Source of the DNA: Bacteroidota bacterium
GTDB lineage: Bacteria > Bacteroidota > Bacteroidia > AKYH767-A > OLB10
DNA length: 64,000 bases
NCBI GenBank assembly: GCA_016717725.1
Contig: JADKFA010000001.1
Coordinates: 200,437 to 264,436, forward strand
Reading direction: 5' to 3'
How positions within the stretch are numbered: the first letter of the stretch is position 1; every line of letters begins with the position of its first letter. The notes beneath the pieces were generated by a model, which saw nothing but the letters and a program-made list of their open reading frames with translations, did no database searches and was not told the origin of the DNA. Positions 21,601-31,560 of the stretch are shown here, one piece after another. The position numbers and the translations under genes were made by a program.

Positions 21601-21747
21601 CCCAGCCCATACATCCCCAGAGGGAGCATAACGAACACAGTGAATATGTTCATTAGTACCAGGGGATAATTGAGTCCATTGTGCAAAGCTTGTATTCGTA
21701 TTTACAAGCAGTAGAGCGACTGAAAGCAGTCGAAGGAAATGATTCAT
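15688..21747 (-). CDS. Giant secreted surface protein, about 2020 aa, with signal peptide MNHFLRLLSVALLLVNTNTSFAQ (an alternative upstream start lies at 21801). It has an N-terminal BNR/Asp-box beta-propeller (SSNSGSTF, TSNNGASWSH, SSDNGTTWVAV, STNNGTNWTSV, STDGGLTWVSM), a parallel beta-helix region, a dockerin-like Ca-binding loop (VDCNGDGLINLLD) and a T9SS C-terminal domain.
   Basis: ORF track; BNR motifs S-x-D/N-x-G-x-T-W and C-terminal domain (VRLFPNPTKSLSTILFNW...GIYFIELRCDNESKVLKMLKY) recognised by eye. Confidence 0.8.
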   Translation of the reverse strand: MNHFLRLLSVALLLVNTNTSFAQWTQLSPGTNEHIHCVRYAPSGDVWAGTWNGIYRSSNSGSTFNFVTGINSTLGNSQIIGSFEDIHVTGPNSAISSGYFYLGNDLIIFGTSNNGASWSHNYHTNSGALPRYISAMDFDGAGNGVAVGGAGRAYKSSDNGTTWVAVTSGTTTLLEDVSWVNGSTFVSVSGSNIYRSTNNGTNWTSVLSLQTNIENISFARGTNTGYAGGFGTLKKSTDGGLTWVSMNLPAYNIRTIFTFSPDTVYVGAYDGVYRTITGGTYWEKFNMPNVKWVNDITFYDANNGMVAGDSGYVAITSNGGGLPMPISSFNLTGGNNCEGGTFQPNNLGDPAWTYQWLMNGSVVSTLHSPSLVLSPGGNVVLSLIASNNGFSDTSSTSFFISPIPVAQPFSVIRDTICTGGTGHFTIPNSQPNVFYRVYDGNIAVGTGTMGNGNSIVLSTAANQTIVKPYKIRGIITNVCGDDTLEVIDSIFISKPATNVTAAYYRDTVCTGDTTYMLVYNSQPGWEYYLGTQSFIKIQGNGGTIGIPVPAISSNKNHTVIASLISHGCTSQIGGTYLLTYMFASVNILPGTLMGAVNQPIAITSSGSGFNSWDWDFGPNATPASFSGANPTPVSFNTQMVDTIIITAKLNNTCEKIVKRPVYIYGVPVASSMDTCKLDTSNGGSLLTLKVRMDDYNNFYFMNYNASSSNFLFIPTVGKLDSAGNWVHFNSFQQLSNSSGMQGLPTGITYDRLGNTYISAHMVANAYWDFQGNYIRNKNALIKLDRKGKFQWAIESPAAEFTDLITINNRMYAVGRNVWDGCMMQTPKGGFTYTPTVNNKGDAFVMEWDDTGKILDFDAFGGTGSAGVTGPVPFRANVPLVNQFFDVDTLRQNLMASKASNGDMLICGMITTPTAGQIMKFGNATLSNNLPANSNGQQKSIFMTRYNASQGFTSAVNLLNGSPSFITNFVEDVNGNYVIIGKTKDRIITSAGENIFSNSTYDYQYLASFNPNGNLNWIVYADSMTFNSVGSNADGSVSVGVYMNTKFLLVDALNQAYNVSPAASIGSYMLRFSATGAFQYGDNVNFYPIIDSRQDVCGNYHSLFKGGIPVGYSFIVSTLSMNNNCSPSCYAAYDPNSLDASALSLSISDTTINGPSNRNLFVKIMNNASLPITAMDIRYQINNNAIQNFAWNGNLSTGASDSILLTAYNFNRSYNHVKVWVNQVNGSTDNQQGNDTVKLSQIVCSAPLSGTYSLGCDTCYFDTFMSSSKTLKRCGVSEPVKIAVVPGTYYEQLTVDSIPFSSSTDSIVWTSANGIKESVVLDFAANNINYYRNTIRLNRAHYCSFENMTIQNTSAAPFDAMQLDHGCRASISVNASSRIRILNNVIHAPKRSNSAGSVAQAIVMVGIMNNVVIADNFIDGGEVGIEMNYVTTGGYDVFVLRNELWQTNEIQLSGLKRLLGDGNKIRYISSAGSGGTSLHMFQCDSFVVKNNLISSEVWGGASLYLTGCDCQTVSPCLVYNNSVGYQPSWLPFESATLSGLNLDIIHNSFGNGVAIGGGMNAPTFRFNNNVVRSNSSFAIDSYDEIDFIEMNHNRYISNGVPIKIINDNVDYDLGTWKAFSGLDLQSDSVTASFRTLSDMHLLNAVAMPGVPFAGITTDMDGEIRSVTTPTIGADEFSVATLLSSVWPGDCDSTKSVDNFDILQVGLNFNKYYTSRPTLSDAWVSQPSLLWNKQQGNGTNMNHVDCNGDGLINLLDTVAIFNNYGMSHPAANPQVQSISVGPDLSIFPVGTTFTGGDTVHLKLMAGTSGLMVNDIGALGFKLEIPPSLIVPNTFVVTYVNNWMCPDTNCILFANMDESTGVAAISMARKDGTGVTGFGEVADVSFVVNAGYSGNPTVNVNINPYQAFDPISTAMPFTTNGGTITIVNTSVEELSLMDGVRLFPNPTKSLSTILFNWKGNGTDKMSIRVLDLSGRIVGNPIQLIPHYGSNRVEVVAETFANGIYFIELRCDNESKVLKMLKY

Positions 21748-21924
21748 GATTTTGGTTTTGGTATGGTGAAGGTAGGGAAAAAGTTGTTTTGTTAAAGCCA
21801 AGAAAAATCAAGACCATATAAACAAAAATGCCCTCCGTCAAGACTTCGCTAAAGCTTTGTCTTGCGAAGCGCTAAAGCTATGGAGGATAAAAAAAGCCCT
21901 CCTTCGCCATAAAGTAGAAACTGC

Positions 21925-22035
21925 GTTACCCGGAAGTATACACTTCATGACCCAGAAGTAGAAACTTCGTTACACTTCTGGGCTAACAAGGGCACACTTC
22001 TGAGCAAACGAGGGCACAGCCCAGAAGTGTGAGGC
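21925..22035. repeat. Cluster of REP-like palindromes built on CCCAGAAGT ... ACTTCTGGG (plus GAAGTATACACTTC), immediately beside the tRNA-Met 3' end. A related copy lies at 42060-42140.
   Basis: Perfect 9-bp inverted repeats read directly. The 15-mer tacttctggggtgg occurs at both 22108 and 42122. Confidence 0.8.
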
Positions 22036-22119
22036 TTATAAAAATTCGATTTATTCCAGAATTTAAAATATTAGAAAAAAGCAAAAGGCCAAGATATTCT
22101 CCTGGCCTCTCTACTTCTG

Positions 22120-22196
22120 GGGTGGGCCCAGTAGGACTTGAACCTACGACCGACGGATTATGAGTCCGGCGCTCTAACCAACTGAGCTATAGGCCC
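22120..22196 (-). tRNA. tRNA-Met (anticodon CAT; elongator, initiator and Ile2-lysidine types cannot be separated by eye), 77 nt.
   Basis: Reverse complement GGGCCTATAGCTCAGTTGGTTAGAGCGCCGGACTCATAATCCGTCGGTCGTAGGTTCAAGTCCTACTGGGCCCACC. The acceptor, D and T arms pair, the T-loop is TTCAAGT and the anticodon loop is CTCATAA. Confidence 0.85.
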
Positions 22197-22260
22197 GATT
22201 CAATAGCCTTTGACCGATTGGTCGCTTGCTTATGGAATTTAAGAGGGACAAAAATAAAAC

Positions 22261-23460
22261 TTAAGCCGATACAGACTTCAAAACACCCAATTCTTTTCCA
22301 ACTTTTGTAAAAGCGGCGATGGCTTTGTCGATATGGTGGCGTTCGTGTCCGGCTGAGATCTGTACTCGAATGCGTGCATTCCCCTTAGCCACAACGGGAT
22401 AGAAGAATCCAACGACATAAATTCCTTCTTCTAAAAGACGGGATGCAAAATCTTGAGCTAATTTGGCATCGTAAAGCATTATAGGAACAATAGGGTGAGT
22501 TCCAGGTTTGATATCGAATCCCGCCGCCAAAATTTGAGTTCGGAAATAGTCGGTATTCTCCCATAATTTATCACGTAAAGCAGTGCTCGCACTCAACATT
22601 TTCAACACTTCGATGCTGGCACCCACAATACTTGGAGCCAATGAATTTGAGAATAAATAGGGACGAGAACGTTGGCGCAACATCTCCACAATTTCCTTTC
22701 TGCCAGAAGTAAATCCACCCATCGCACCACCTAATGCTTTTCCAAAAGTTCCAGTGATGATATCGATGCGACCCATCACATTATGATGCTCATGCGTTCC
22801 TCTTCCTGTTTTCCCCATAAATCCGGAGGCGTGACATTCATCCACCATGATCAGTGCATTATACTTATCCGCTAAGTCACAAATTTTATCAAACTGAGCG
22901 ATGGTACCATCCATACTAAATACACCATCGGTAACAATCATGCGATGACGCAGATGTTGAGTTGCTTTTAGTTGCTCCTCTAAATCTGACATATCATTAT
23001 GCTTGTAACGATAACGCTGTGCTTTACACAAACGAATACCATCAATGATTGATGCGTGATTCAACTCATCACTGATGATGGCATCTTGCTCATTGAGTAA
23101 TGGCTCGAACACACCACCATTTGCATCGAATGCAGCAGCATATAAGATGGTATCTTCTGTTCCCAAAAATTCAGAAACCTTTTTTTCCAATTCCTTATGA
23201 ATATCCTGTGTACCACAAATAAAACGCACACTACTCATTCCAAAACCATGAGTATCGATTGCATTTTTTGCAGCGTCGATTACACGTTGATGTGATGATA
23301 ATCCTAAATAATTATTCGCACAAAAATTGATTACTTCTAAGTTATTGGCAGTGATATCGGCACCTTGTGCAGTGCTAATTACTCTTTCATTTTTATAGAG
23401 TCCGGCTTCCTTAATTTCTTGTAATTCCTTAACAAGCACAGGTTTTAGCGTATTATACAT
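22261..23460 (-). CDS. kbl: Glycine C-acetyltransferase / 2-amino-3-ketobutyrate CoA ligase (PLP-dependent).
   Basis: Near-canonical Kbl N-terminus and core ([37 protein letters not shown]), 399 aa. Confidence 0.85.
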   Translation of the reverse strand: MYNTLKPVLVKELQEIKEAGLYKNERVISTAQGADITANNLEVINFCANNYLGLSSHQRVIDAAKNAIDTHGFGMSSVRFICGTQDIHKELEKKVSEFLGTEDTILYAAAFDANGGVFEPLLNEQDAIISDELNHASIIDGIRLCKAQRYRYKHNDMSDLEEQLKATQHLRHRMIVTDGVFSMDGTIAQFDKICDLADKYNALIMVDECHASGFMGKTGRGTHEHHNVMGRIDIITGTFGKALGGAMGGFTSGRKEIVEMLRQRSRPYLFSNSLAPSIVGASIEVLKMLSASTALRDKLWENTDYFRTQILAAGFDIKPGTHPIVPIMLYDAKLAQDFASRLLEEGIYVVGFFYPVVAKGNARIRVQISAGHERHHIDKAIAAFTKVGKELGVLKSVSA

Positions 23461-23557
23461 AGTTGTCTTTTAAGAGCATAAAGTTAAAGAATCTTCTTGA
23501 ATGAAAGAACTAATTAAAAATATACAATTATCTTTACTCCAATTGAAAATATTAAAA

Positions 23558-24928
23558 ATGAAAAAAATCTTCCTTCTTCAGATGATCTCTATTCTCATTC
23601 TGCTTTCTCCACATTCCTTCGCCCAAGGTCCTGTTTCCCTTCACTGTGCCAATATTTTGCCCAATGGAAACATCCAAATCAAGTGGGTCAATCCAACACC
23701 AAATGCCAACCTTATCTTTCGTGCTATTTATAAAGACGGCATAAATATCGCCACCATAAACGTTGACACCGTGACTACTTATCTGGATACGCAAGGAGAT
23801 GGAAATATACAGGCTACTTTCGACATTCTCAGCTCCTACCTCCCATCAGTTTTCAAAGCAATTACTCTCCACTATTTTCTAACGAGCGTAAATGATTTCA
23901 ACTGCTAATCCAGGACAGGCCACCTTAACCTGGAACATGTTGCCCTGCAATCCTCCTCCGAAATTGCAGCTTTTTCCGACTATCAAACAGGCAGTATGAC
24001 TCAACTGGGTAATTTCTGGCCAAATTTGACTGCCACTGAAACGATTACAGATTGCCAACATACTATTCACCATCAAATAGTGGTAACTGATGCGACTGGA
24101 TGCGTCTCTAACTCAAACATCACCACTGGTGTATTTTCTCAATTAGGAAATGTAGTATCTAATCCAGACTTGCGATGTGTAAGCGTTTTACCAAATGGAA
24201 ATGTCCAAATAACGTGGCTTACTCCCTCTGGATCTGCAACAGATTTTAACAATTACAAAATCAAAAGAAATAATGTAATCATTGATTCTGTTGGCACTTT
24301 TCCTCAAACATCCTTTATCGATGCCGGCATCAATGCCAATAATTTCAAGTATGATTACGAGGTAGTTTCCAATTCAGGTTGCTCCGGAAAAAATGCTGGA
24401 AGTAATTCAACCAATACCTTATCAAGTATTCATCTCGTCACCTCTACTCCTACCGCTTCCTCTTGTCAGGTAGATTGGAATGCAATGCCCTTGCTGTCAG
24501 GAGCTGGCTTTTACGAAGTAAACAGAGATATCGGAAGTGGATTTGTGTTAATCAACAACACTTTAAATCTAACTTATTTAGACGCCAATATTCCGGGACC
24601 TGCAACGGCATTATACAAAATCAGTGTGAACGACATTAGTGGTTGTATTTCCAGATCAAATGTTAGCAATCCGATTACTATTACTTCCCTGTTTGAAAAT
24701 TCAGGATACCCGAAACTTATTACCACTTTTCCAAATCCAGTTACGGATAAAATAAATTTTTCAAAACCAGTTCAACAACTAATTATTTACGATGTACTTG
24801 GTAAATGTGTATTAGTAGACACCAATGAAATTACTGGGCTGGATGTTTCTAATTTAAAAGTGGGTCGTTACACAGCGAAGATGATTGTTGATGATCAATT
24901 GGTCGTCATCCCTTTTATCAAAAATTAA
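23558..24928 (+). pseudogene. T9SS-secreted repeat protein (signal MKKIFLLQMISILILLSPHSFAQ; repeated module L[HR]C..(I/V)LPNGN(I/V)QI.W; C-terminal T9SS domain) interrupted by at least two frameshifts or stops between 23800 and 24000.
   Basis: Two co-oriented ORFs (23501..23908 and 23996..24928) share a repeated domain. A third frame in the gap reads TANPGQATLTWNMLPCNPPPKLQLFPTIKQAV. Confidence 0.6.
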
Positions 24929-25177
24929 ATGATCACCCACTTAATTCGAGACATATCTTTTACTGGTTTTAAATTGAACAACATTTTTATTTCTAGTTGC
25001 AATAACGTATTCGCCAATTTAGAAAAGGAAATCTCAGTAGCGGAGGCAACAGCATCGAAAGGCTAATAAATTCTATCTCTAAAAAATCTTAACGATGAGA
25101 TTCATTCTTCAGTGACTCTAAATTCTTAAGGGAAGTCAAATATTTATACTAATTTGGTCATTAAATATCAGTAAAAC

Positions 25178-25615
25178 ATGAAACACAATATTCTTTTTAT
25201 CCTACTTATTATGTTGTCCGCCTGCACTAAAAAAGGTGATCCTGGAGCACAGGGTCCTATTGGATTATCCGGAGAAGATGGAAATGCAAATGTATTTACG
25301 CATCATTTTAGCATTTCTCCTCAAGATTGGCTTTCTCAAGGTACACCTGGAGTTAATTCCATAAGATACTTTAAACTTCCCTTTTCAGAACTAGACAGTC
25401 AAATGGTATCCAACGGAGCAATAAATGTTTATCATTTTGAAAACAATTACTATAAAAGTTTACCGTTTAGTTGGAATTATGTAAGTACCGCTCTCAATTT
25501 TAATTTCCAATACACAATTGATACGCTCATGATAACAACTTACTATAGCAACAACTCTGCTGCTGGAATACCACAGAGTTTTAATTTTAAAGCTGTTTTT
25601 GTGGATGGAAATTAA
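25178..25615 (+). CDS. Small lipoprotein (lipobox LSAC) with a collagen-like GDPGAQGPIGLSGEDG segment; function unknown.
   Basis: Signal peptide with Cys, Gly-X-Y triplets; ORF track. Confidence 0.55.
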   Translation: MKHNILFILLIMLSACTKKGDPGAQGPIGLSGEDGNANVFTHHFSISPQDWLSQGTPGVNSIRYFKLPFSELDSQMVSNGAINVYHFENNYYKSLPFSWNYVSTALNFNFQYTIDTLMITTYYSNNSAAGIPQSFNFKAVFVDGN

Positions 25616-25706
25616 TAAATCTTAACCATAAAAGTAAAAATCAATTGACCTAAGACACATTTTTTTTAAAATAGAATATTGTTTACACTTTTCTCCTATA
25701 TACATC

Positions 25707-25746
25707 AAAAAAAAGAGGCTGAACCACAACTTGGTCCAGCCTCTTT
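25707..25746. terminator. Bidirectional terminator: A8-gaggctg-N15-cagcctc-TTT between convergent genes.
   Basis: 7-bp inverted repeat flanked by A and T runs. Confidence 0.6.
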
Positions 25747-25765
25747 AATTTAATAAATAATTTAA

Positions 25766-28700
25766 TTATGGAGTCGTAAAATCAAAAACCTCAATAGGAA
25801 CATCCATTAACAGTGGAAGCTTACTCCATGTTTCAATTCCATTTCGAGATTTCACAACGATGTAATATTGTTTAGAAAGTAAATTTCCGGGGAATACAAA
25901 TTGACCATTCCCAGAGGTGCTAAGCACTCCTTCGACACTACTTTCTAAATTATACGGTGAGATATTATTACGCAACTCAACTGTAATTGTATCACACAAT
26001 GTTGGATAAAGCAAGGGATCCACAACGGCTTGCATCAGACCTCCACCTAAATAATAACCTTCAATGAACGCTTTTAAATTAAGCTGAAGAGGACATAAAT
26101 ACATTAAAGTATTGACAGCAGCCGTTCCAGAACAACCATTCGCTGTAGTTACAGTAACTGCATAATTTCCTGGTGAGGCAATAGCAATAGATGATGTATT
26201 TGCTCCATTCGACCAGAGGTAAGTACCCACACCAGCGCCTGTAGAGAATGTTAAACCACTTCCGCTACAAAAATTAACACTTGAATTAGAAATCATAGCA
26301 ACACTATCGATTTGCATTCCCAGAAAACTGTTTGCAACTGCATCAACCGTATTATAATTCCAACTAATGACAACCGAACTACCAGCGTAACTACTCATAT
26401 CAAATTGTGCGGCCAACCAGTTTCCGTTAGATCCTGTATTGCTTAAATAACCTAACAAAGTAGAAGGACCACCATTCACACTAATATTGGCGCTTGCGAA
26501 ATCCCATCCTGAAGGAGGAATACCTGCTTCACCAGCATAAGCGTAATTAAAACGCAACTTAACATCAGTAGCATTAGAAGGAATAGAAATTGAAGGTGTG
26601 TAAATATCTCCAGCATTTGTTGCGCCTGTATTAAATGTACATGTACCATCCAAACCATAATACGCCCAATAACTAGGATTAGTAGGTGTACCCGAAACAC
26701 AAGCATTCGTTACGTGCCATAATCCTGTAGCCGACCATCCTGAAGGCATACTTCCCGTTTCAAAATTTTCGTAAAACAACAATTGCGCATTGTTCGTAGT
26801 AATACTTGGCGTTGGTGTTGGATTACTCGCTACAGCAGCCGTAGCACTGCTTGTACATGAACCAGAAGTTACAGTTACTGTATAATTTCCTGCAGATGTG
26901 ACCAAAATATTATTTGTATTTGCTCCAGTGGACCAAGCATAGCTAGAATAACCTCCGCTTGCATTTAACTGTACTGAACCACCTGCACAAAAAGAAAATC
27001 CATTATTTGAATTGATTGAAATACTATCAACTTGCATTCCCAAATTATCATTACCAATAGCATCTATTGTATTAAAGTTCCATTGCAACGTTACGGAGCT
27101 ACCTGCATACGGTGTTAAGTTCAATGAAGCATTTTGCCAATTACCAAAAGAACCTGTTGTACTCAAACTAATAACTTGTGTAAATGGACCTCCATTTATA
27201 CTAATACGCAATGAGGCATTATCATATCCTGATGGTGGCGTTCCTGCTTCTCCAAAATATACATATTTAAAACTCAATGTAGCGGAGGTAGCTGCAGTCG
27301 GAATGTTAACTGTATTGGAAGTTAGATCTCCAGAATTACTAGAACCATTATTAAAGGTACAAGAACCATCTATTCCGTAGTAAGCCCAATGCGTTGGATT
27401 TGGAGGAGTGCCTGATGTACAAGAATTCGTAACATGCCATAAACCAGTTGCTGTCCAACCTGGAAGGCAACATGCCCGATTCAAAATTTTGCGACATCAG
27501 TTTAATATTTTCCGACGAAGTAATTGTTGGAGGTGCAATTGGTGCTATTGATGTTGTTGCACTTGTTGATCCTGTACATCCATTTGCATTGGTTACGGTA
27601 ACCGTAAAAGTATTGGCTGTATTTACCACAATGGTTTGAGTAATTGCACCTGTAGACCAAATATAACTTGAAAATGAACCTGCATTTAAAGTTGTGGAAC
27701 CGCCAGCACAAAATGTTAAACTTCCTGTGATACTCGGTGTAGGTAAAGCATTAACTGTACCGCTTGCAAATACATTTTGAGTGGTAGCACCCGTAGAAGC
27801 ACAAGTAATATTTCCGGATGGAGTACCTACCGCTGTTGATGTCATTCTTACAAAAATTGTAGTCGTGCTTACACTTCCTGATGATGGAGTAAGCGGTAAT
27901 GAACTCGCGTATCCACTACCTGAAGTTAAAGAAACTTCAAATCCTGTAGGAGGCGTTACAATCAAATTTGAAGTAAGTCCAGTTCCAGAAACTGTAAATG
28001 ATTGCTGTGCAGAAGCAGTTCCTGAACACGCAGTAAATGGAGTTAGTGTACCTGAAGTAATAATAGTTGCAGCGGCACCGAAAGGACTATTTACTGGTCC
28101 TAGAATTTCGAAGTCATCTACCATAAATCCATCTGCTAAATAAGAACTCGCACCATATCCAGGTTTAACCGACAACACAAAACGGAAAGTAACTTCTCCT
28201 TGACCCACCAATGCAGGTACACCAGTAGTCAGATTATAAGTACACAAAGTATTATTTCCGGTTAAAGTCCATCCATAACGATCAGTAAAAATTGAAGCGT
28301 CAATTGGACAACCTGTTGATGGACCACGATTATACCAATTCGTAGCGTTTGCATCCGCATTTACTCCTAATCGAGTCCATGTTGCACCTCTATCCGTTGA
28401 ATATTGAAGTTGAACGGCAAGTGGTGCATTACAAAAAATCACTTCCATACTTCTTCTGAAACGCAAAGTATAAGTTCCTGCTGTTGTCATATTATAAGAT
28501 GGCGTTTGCAATGCGCATGCATAATCACCTTCTGTAACATCCAGCATCCAAATCGGTTTTCCAAGCATTCACTGGAGAGTTCACTGTTATTAAAGCATTC
28601 GATGGCACTCCGCTCTCCCATTTGTTGACACCTCCACTGATGGATTGCGAACCAAAATCATTTGGATTAATTTCAAATGTACCTCCATCAGAAGCGACAA

Positions 28701-31000
28701 CATAAGGCGTTCCTCTATTGGGAAGAATATGAATATATAAATTTTTTGTTAATACTGAAGCACCTCCATTAATGGTAAGTGTAACATTAAATTTTCCGGC
28801 GGTAGTATAACTATGTGTAGGATTCTCAAGTGTAGAAACGGGAGATCCATCTCCAAAATTCCATGACCATGAAGTTGCCGAATAACTATCACTCGTAAAT
28901 TGTATCGATTTATTTATATACGATAATTGTATATCTGAATGAAACAAAGAAGTAGGCACCGTAAATAAATCAGAGGCATACAAACCACGTCCATGTGTTG
29001 CTGCAATTACGTATTTATCACTTTGACGTATTTGCAACATATCAATTCTTACATTAGCTAAACCTGTATTGGTTGCCCCCAAACAGTTGCGCCTGCATTT
29101 AAATTATCGGTACTCCATACTCCCAATTCCAGTAGCTAAAATAACCTGATCATTATTATTGGGGTTAAAGAGTGCCCAACGAATAGGCATATCTGGCAAA
29201 TTACCTTCAACAGAAGTCCAACTGGTTCCACCATTTATACTTTCCCAAACACTATTTATTCCATAGTTAGAAAAAGTTACGAGTAAGTGATTATCGTTTC
29301 CTGTTTCCACTTCTACACAAGCAACATATGCGCCTGCAGGAAGTCCAGTACTAATATTTGTGATGGTAGGTGCACCAGTATGTGCATTATCTACTCGTAT
29401 TACACGACCATTATCACTTCCAAAGAAAACTTTATTTGCAGTATTTGGTGATACTTTCACTGCGGAAACCCATCCGTTCAAAGCTGAAGCGGTAATCGTT
29501 ACAAATGTAGAACCTGATTGTGGATTATCCCATCTTACGAATTGATTTGATGCACTAGCTGCGTACATTTTATTATTTGTATCATCATAATCAGAAGGAT
29601 TAATGAAAGATCCGCCAGCCGTTACCACATTGGTCCATGTATTTCCGCCATCACTAGAGCGATAATAATCGTTATATACATATTGGGTAAATTGAAACAA
29701 TGGTTGATCTTGATCGATATGACAAAAGCACCATCTCCACCTGTAGCTTGAGTAGTGGCTTGGTTACCTGAATTTACAAACTTATGGGTTCCGTTATCCT
29801 GCGCACCGGCAAGATAGTAAGGTGTTAGCGCTGTAGGATGCATGGCACAAGCGTAAAATTGTGCCGTCCGATAACTTAAGATTTATCACTAATGGTTGGC
29901 ATCACTGCATTTGCATCCGTACTTCGATAAACACCACCATCATTTACAAAATAAGCAATGCTAGAACTTCCATTTTGAAAAACAATATTATGTTGATCGG
30001 CATGAACATATTGAAAAGTAAATCCTCCATACCAATGACTCACTTGAGACCATGTTCCTGCACCATCCCCACTCACAAAAAGATCGATACCACCCACAAA
30101 CAATCTATCTTTATTTAGGATCTACAGCGCAATGTAAATCATACCATGCTTGTCCTCTAGAAAATCATCAGCAGGAATACCAGGATCAGCATCAGCGGGT
30201 TCCGTTCTTACCGTCCACGAAGTTCCCCATTAATTGTTCTAATAATTCCAGCAACAGCACCACCTGACTCCACAATAGCATACACATAATTCGAATCGTT
30301 AGGTGCACATGCCAATTCAATTCTGTTTCCCACTACTCCGAGTGTTTGCGCCGAAGCAAAAGTTACCCCAGCATTTATTGACTTATGAATAGAACCATTT
30401 AAAGAACTGTATACATTACCATTCGCGGCTACTTCTACATCATAACAAAAATTGCTTAAAGCACCTGTAATGGCTAGGCCTGTCCCAAGAACTTTTGTCC
30501 AAGTAGTTCCCCCATTTGCTGAACGCTGTAAACCTCCAGAGGATGTTGCTACAAAAACAACACCTGTACTATTGACAACTACTTTTTGACAATAATGAAA
30601 AGTGGAATTATTAGTTGATGCCAGTTGTGTCCAAGTGGTTCCTCCGTTAGTACTTTTAAAAACACCTAATCCTCGAATCGCATCAATATTATTATATCCT
30701 TCTCCAGTGCTGAAATACATGATTTGTGTATTTGTTGGATCATAAGCAATAGAAGAAATAGCCAAATTACTCAACAAATCATTTACTGGTGTCCAATTAG
30801 GAACCGCAGCATTTATGTTTGTAGTTTTCCATAATCCACCTCCCACACTGCCAGCAAAAACAGTATTGCCTGTTACATCATTAGGATCAACCATAATGCG
30901 CTCGTTCGTCCACCTTGATTATTTGGACCTTGTTCATCCCAACCCACTCCAGCTAATGGGCCAAAGTTTTGATGATTGCATCAATTGATCTTTGTATTTT
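25766..31000 (-). pseudogene. Frameshift-fragmented giant surface protein of about 1700-1800 aa if repaired. The N-terminus is a sortilin/VPS10-like BNR beta-propeller (WDEQGPNNQGGRTSA|MVDPNDVTGNTVFAGSVGGGLWKTTN; STNGGTTWTQL, SANGGTTWTKV, SSDGGNTWTNV, SINGGTSWTSV, STDRGATWTRL). It is followed by three copies of an MAM/choice-of-anchor-like module (QNFESGMLPSGWTATGLWHVTNSCTSG...) alternating with Ig-like SY(I/A/L)WS(T/N)GA repeats. At least seven ORF pieces are found (30208..30894, 29876..30103, 29622..29843, 29104..29700, 28525..29082, 27351..28568, 25766..27484), and the region up to about 31283 is further degraded.
   Basis: Consecutive co-oriented ORFs overlap in different frames. The junction at 27351-27484 was checked by hand: QNFESGMLPS is followed by a 1-nt shift, then GWTATGLWHVTNSC, which matches an internal paralogous repeat. 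Confidence 0.6.
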
Positions 31001-31560
31001 TAGCAACTAGAATCTTTCAGTTGGAACAAATCCCAAAGCAGGATCTTTCATCATCATAACATCTCTTTGGATGGCCTGTAATGCGCCATCTCTTTCTTTC
31101 AAATTTGATTTTTCATCTTTTCCTCCCTTTCACGATCTAAGGCCTTTCTCGTTCATTCCTCCTTTTGGCTTTAACTTCCTCTAGAAGGCACTTTTGGAAT
31201 AGGTTGCTGACAGAATCATGTTGAAAATTCACAAGGATGTAAGAAGATGGATAGTGAGATTAAGTGTAAAAATTTTTTCATATTGATTAAGATTAGATAA
31301 TTTTCAAGCTTAGATTAGACAATAAAATTAAATAGATAATACAACAAAAAATTAGATCATTTTTTTTTGCTTCATTCACAATTATATCGGATGAATGATG
31401 TTGCAATTTATCTAAAATTTATTTGAGTTCCTATAGCTATTAACTAAAAGAAATCATACATTTTAAACCCAATAAAATTGATTTATTTCATTGAAAATCA
31501 ATAACTATACAACAATTAAAACTAAAAAGATGTAAATAACCATTAAACCAGACTCCTTTT

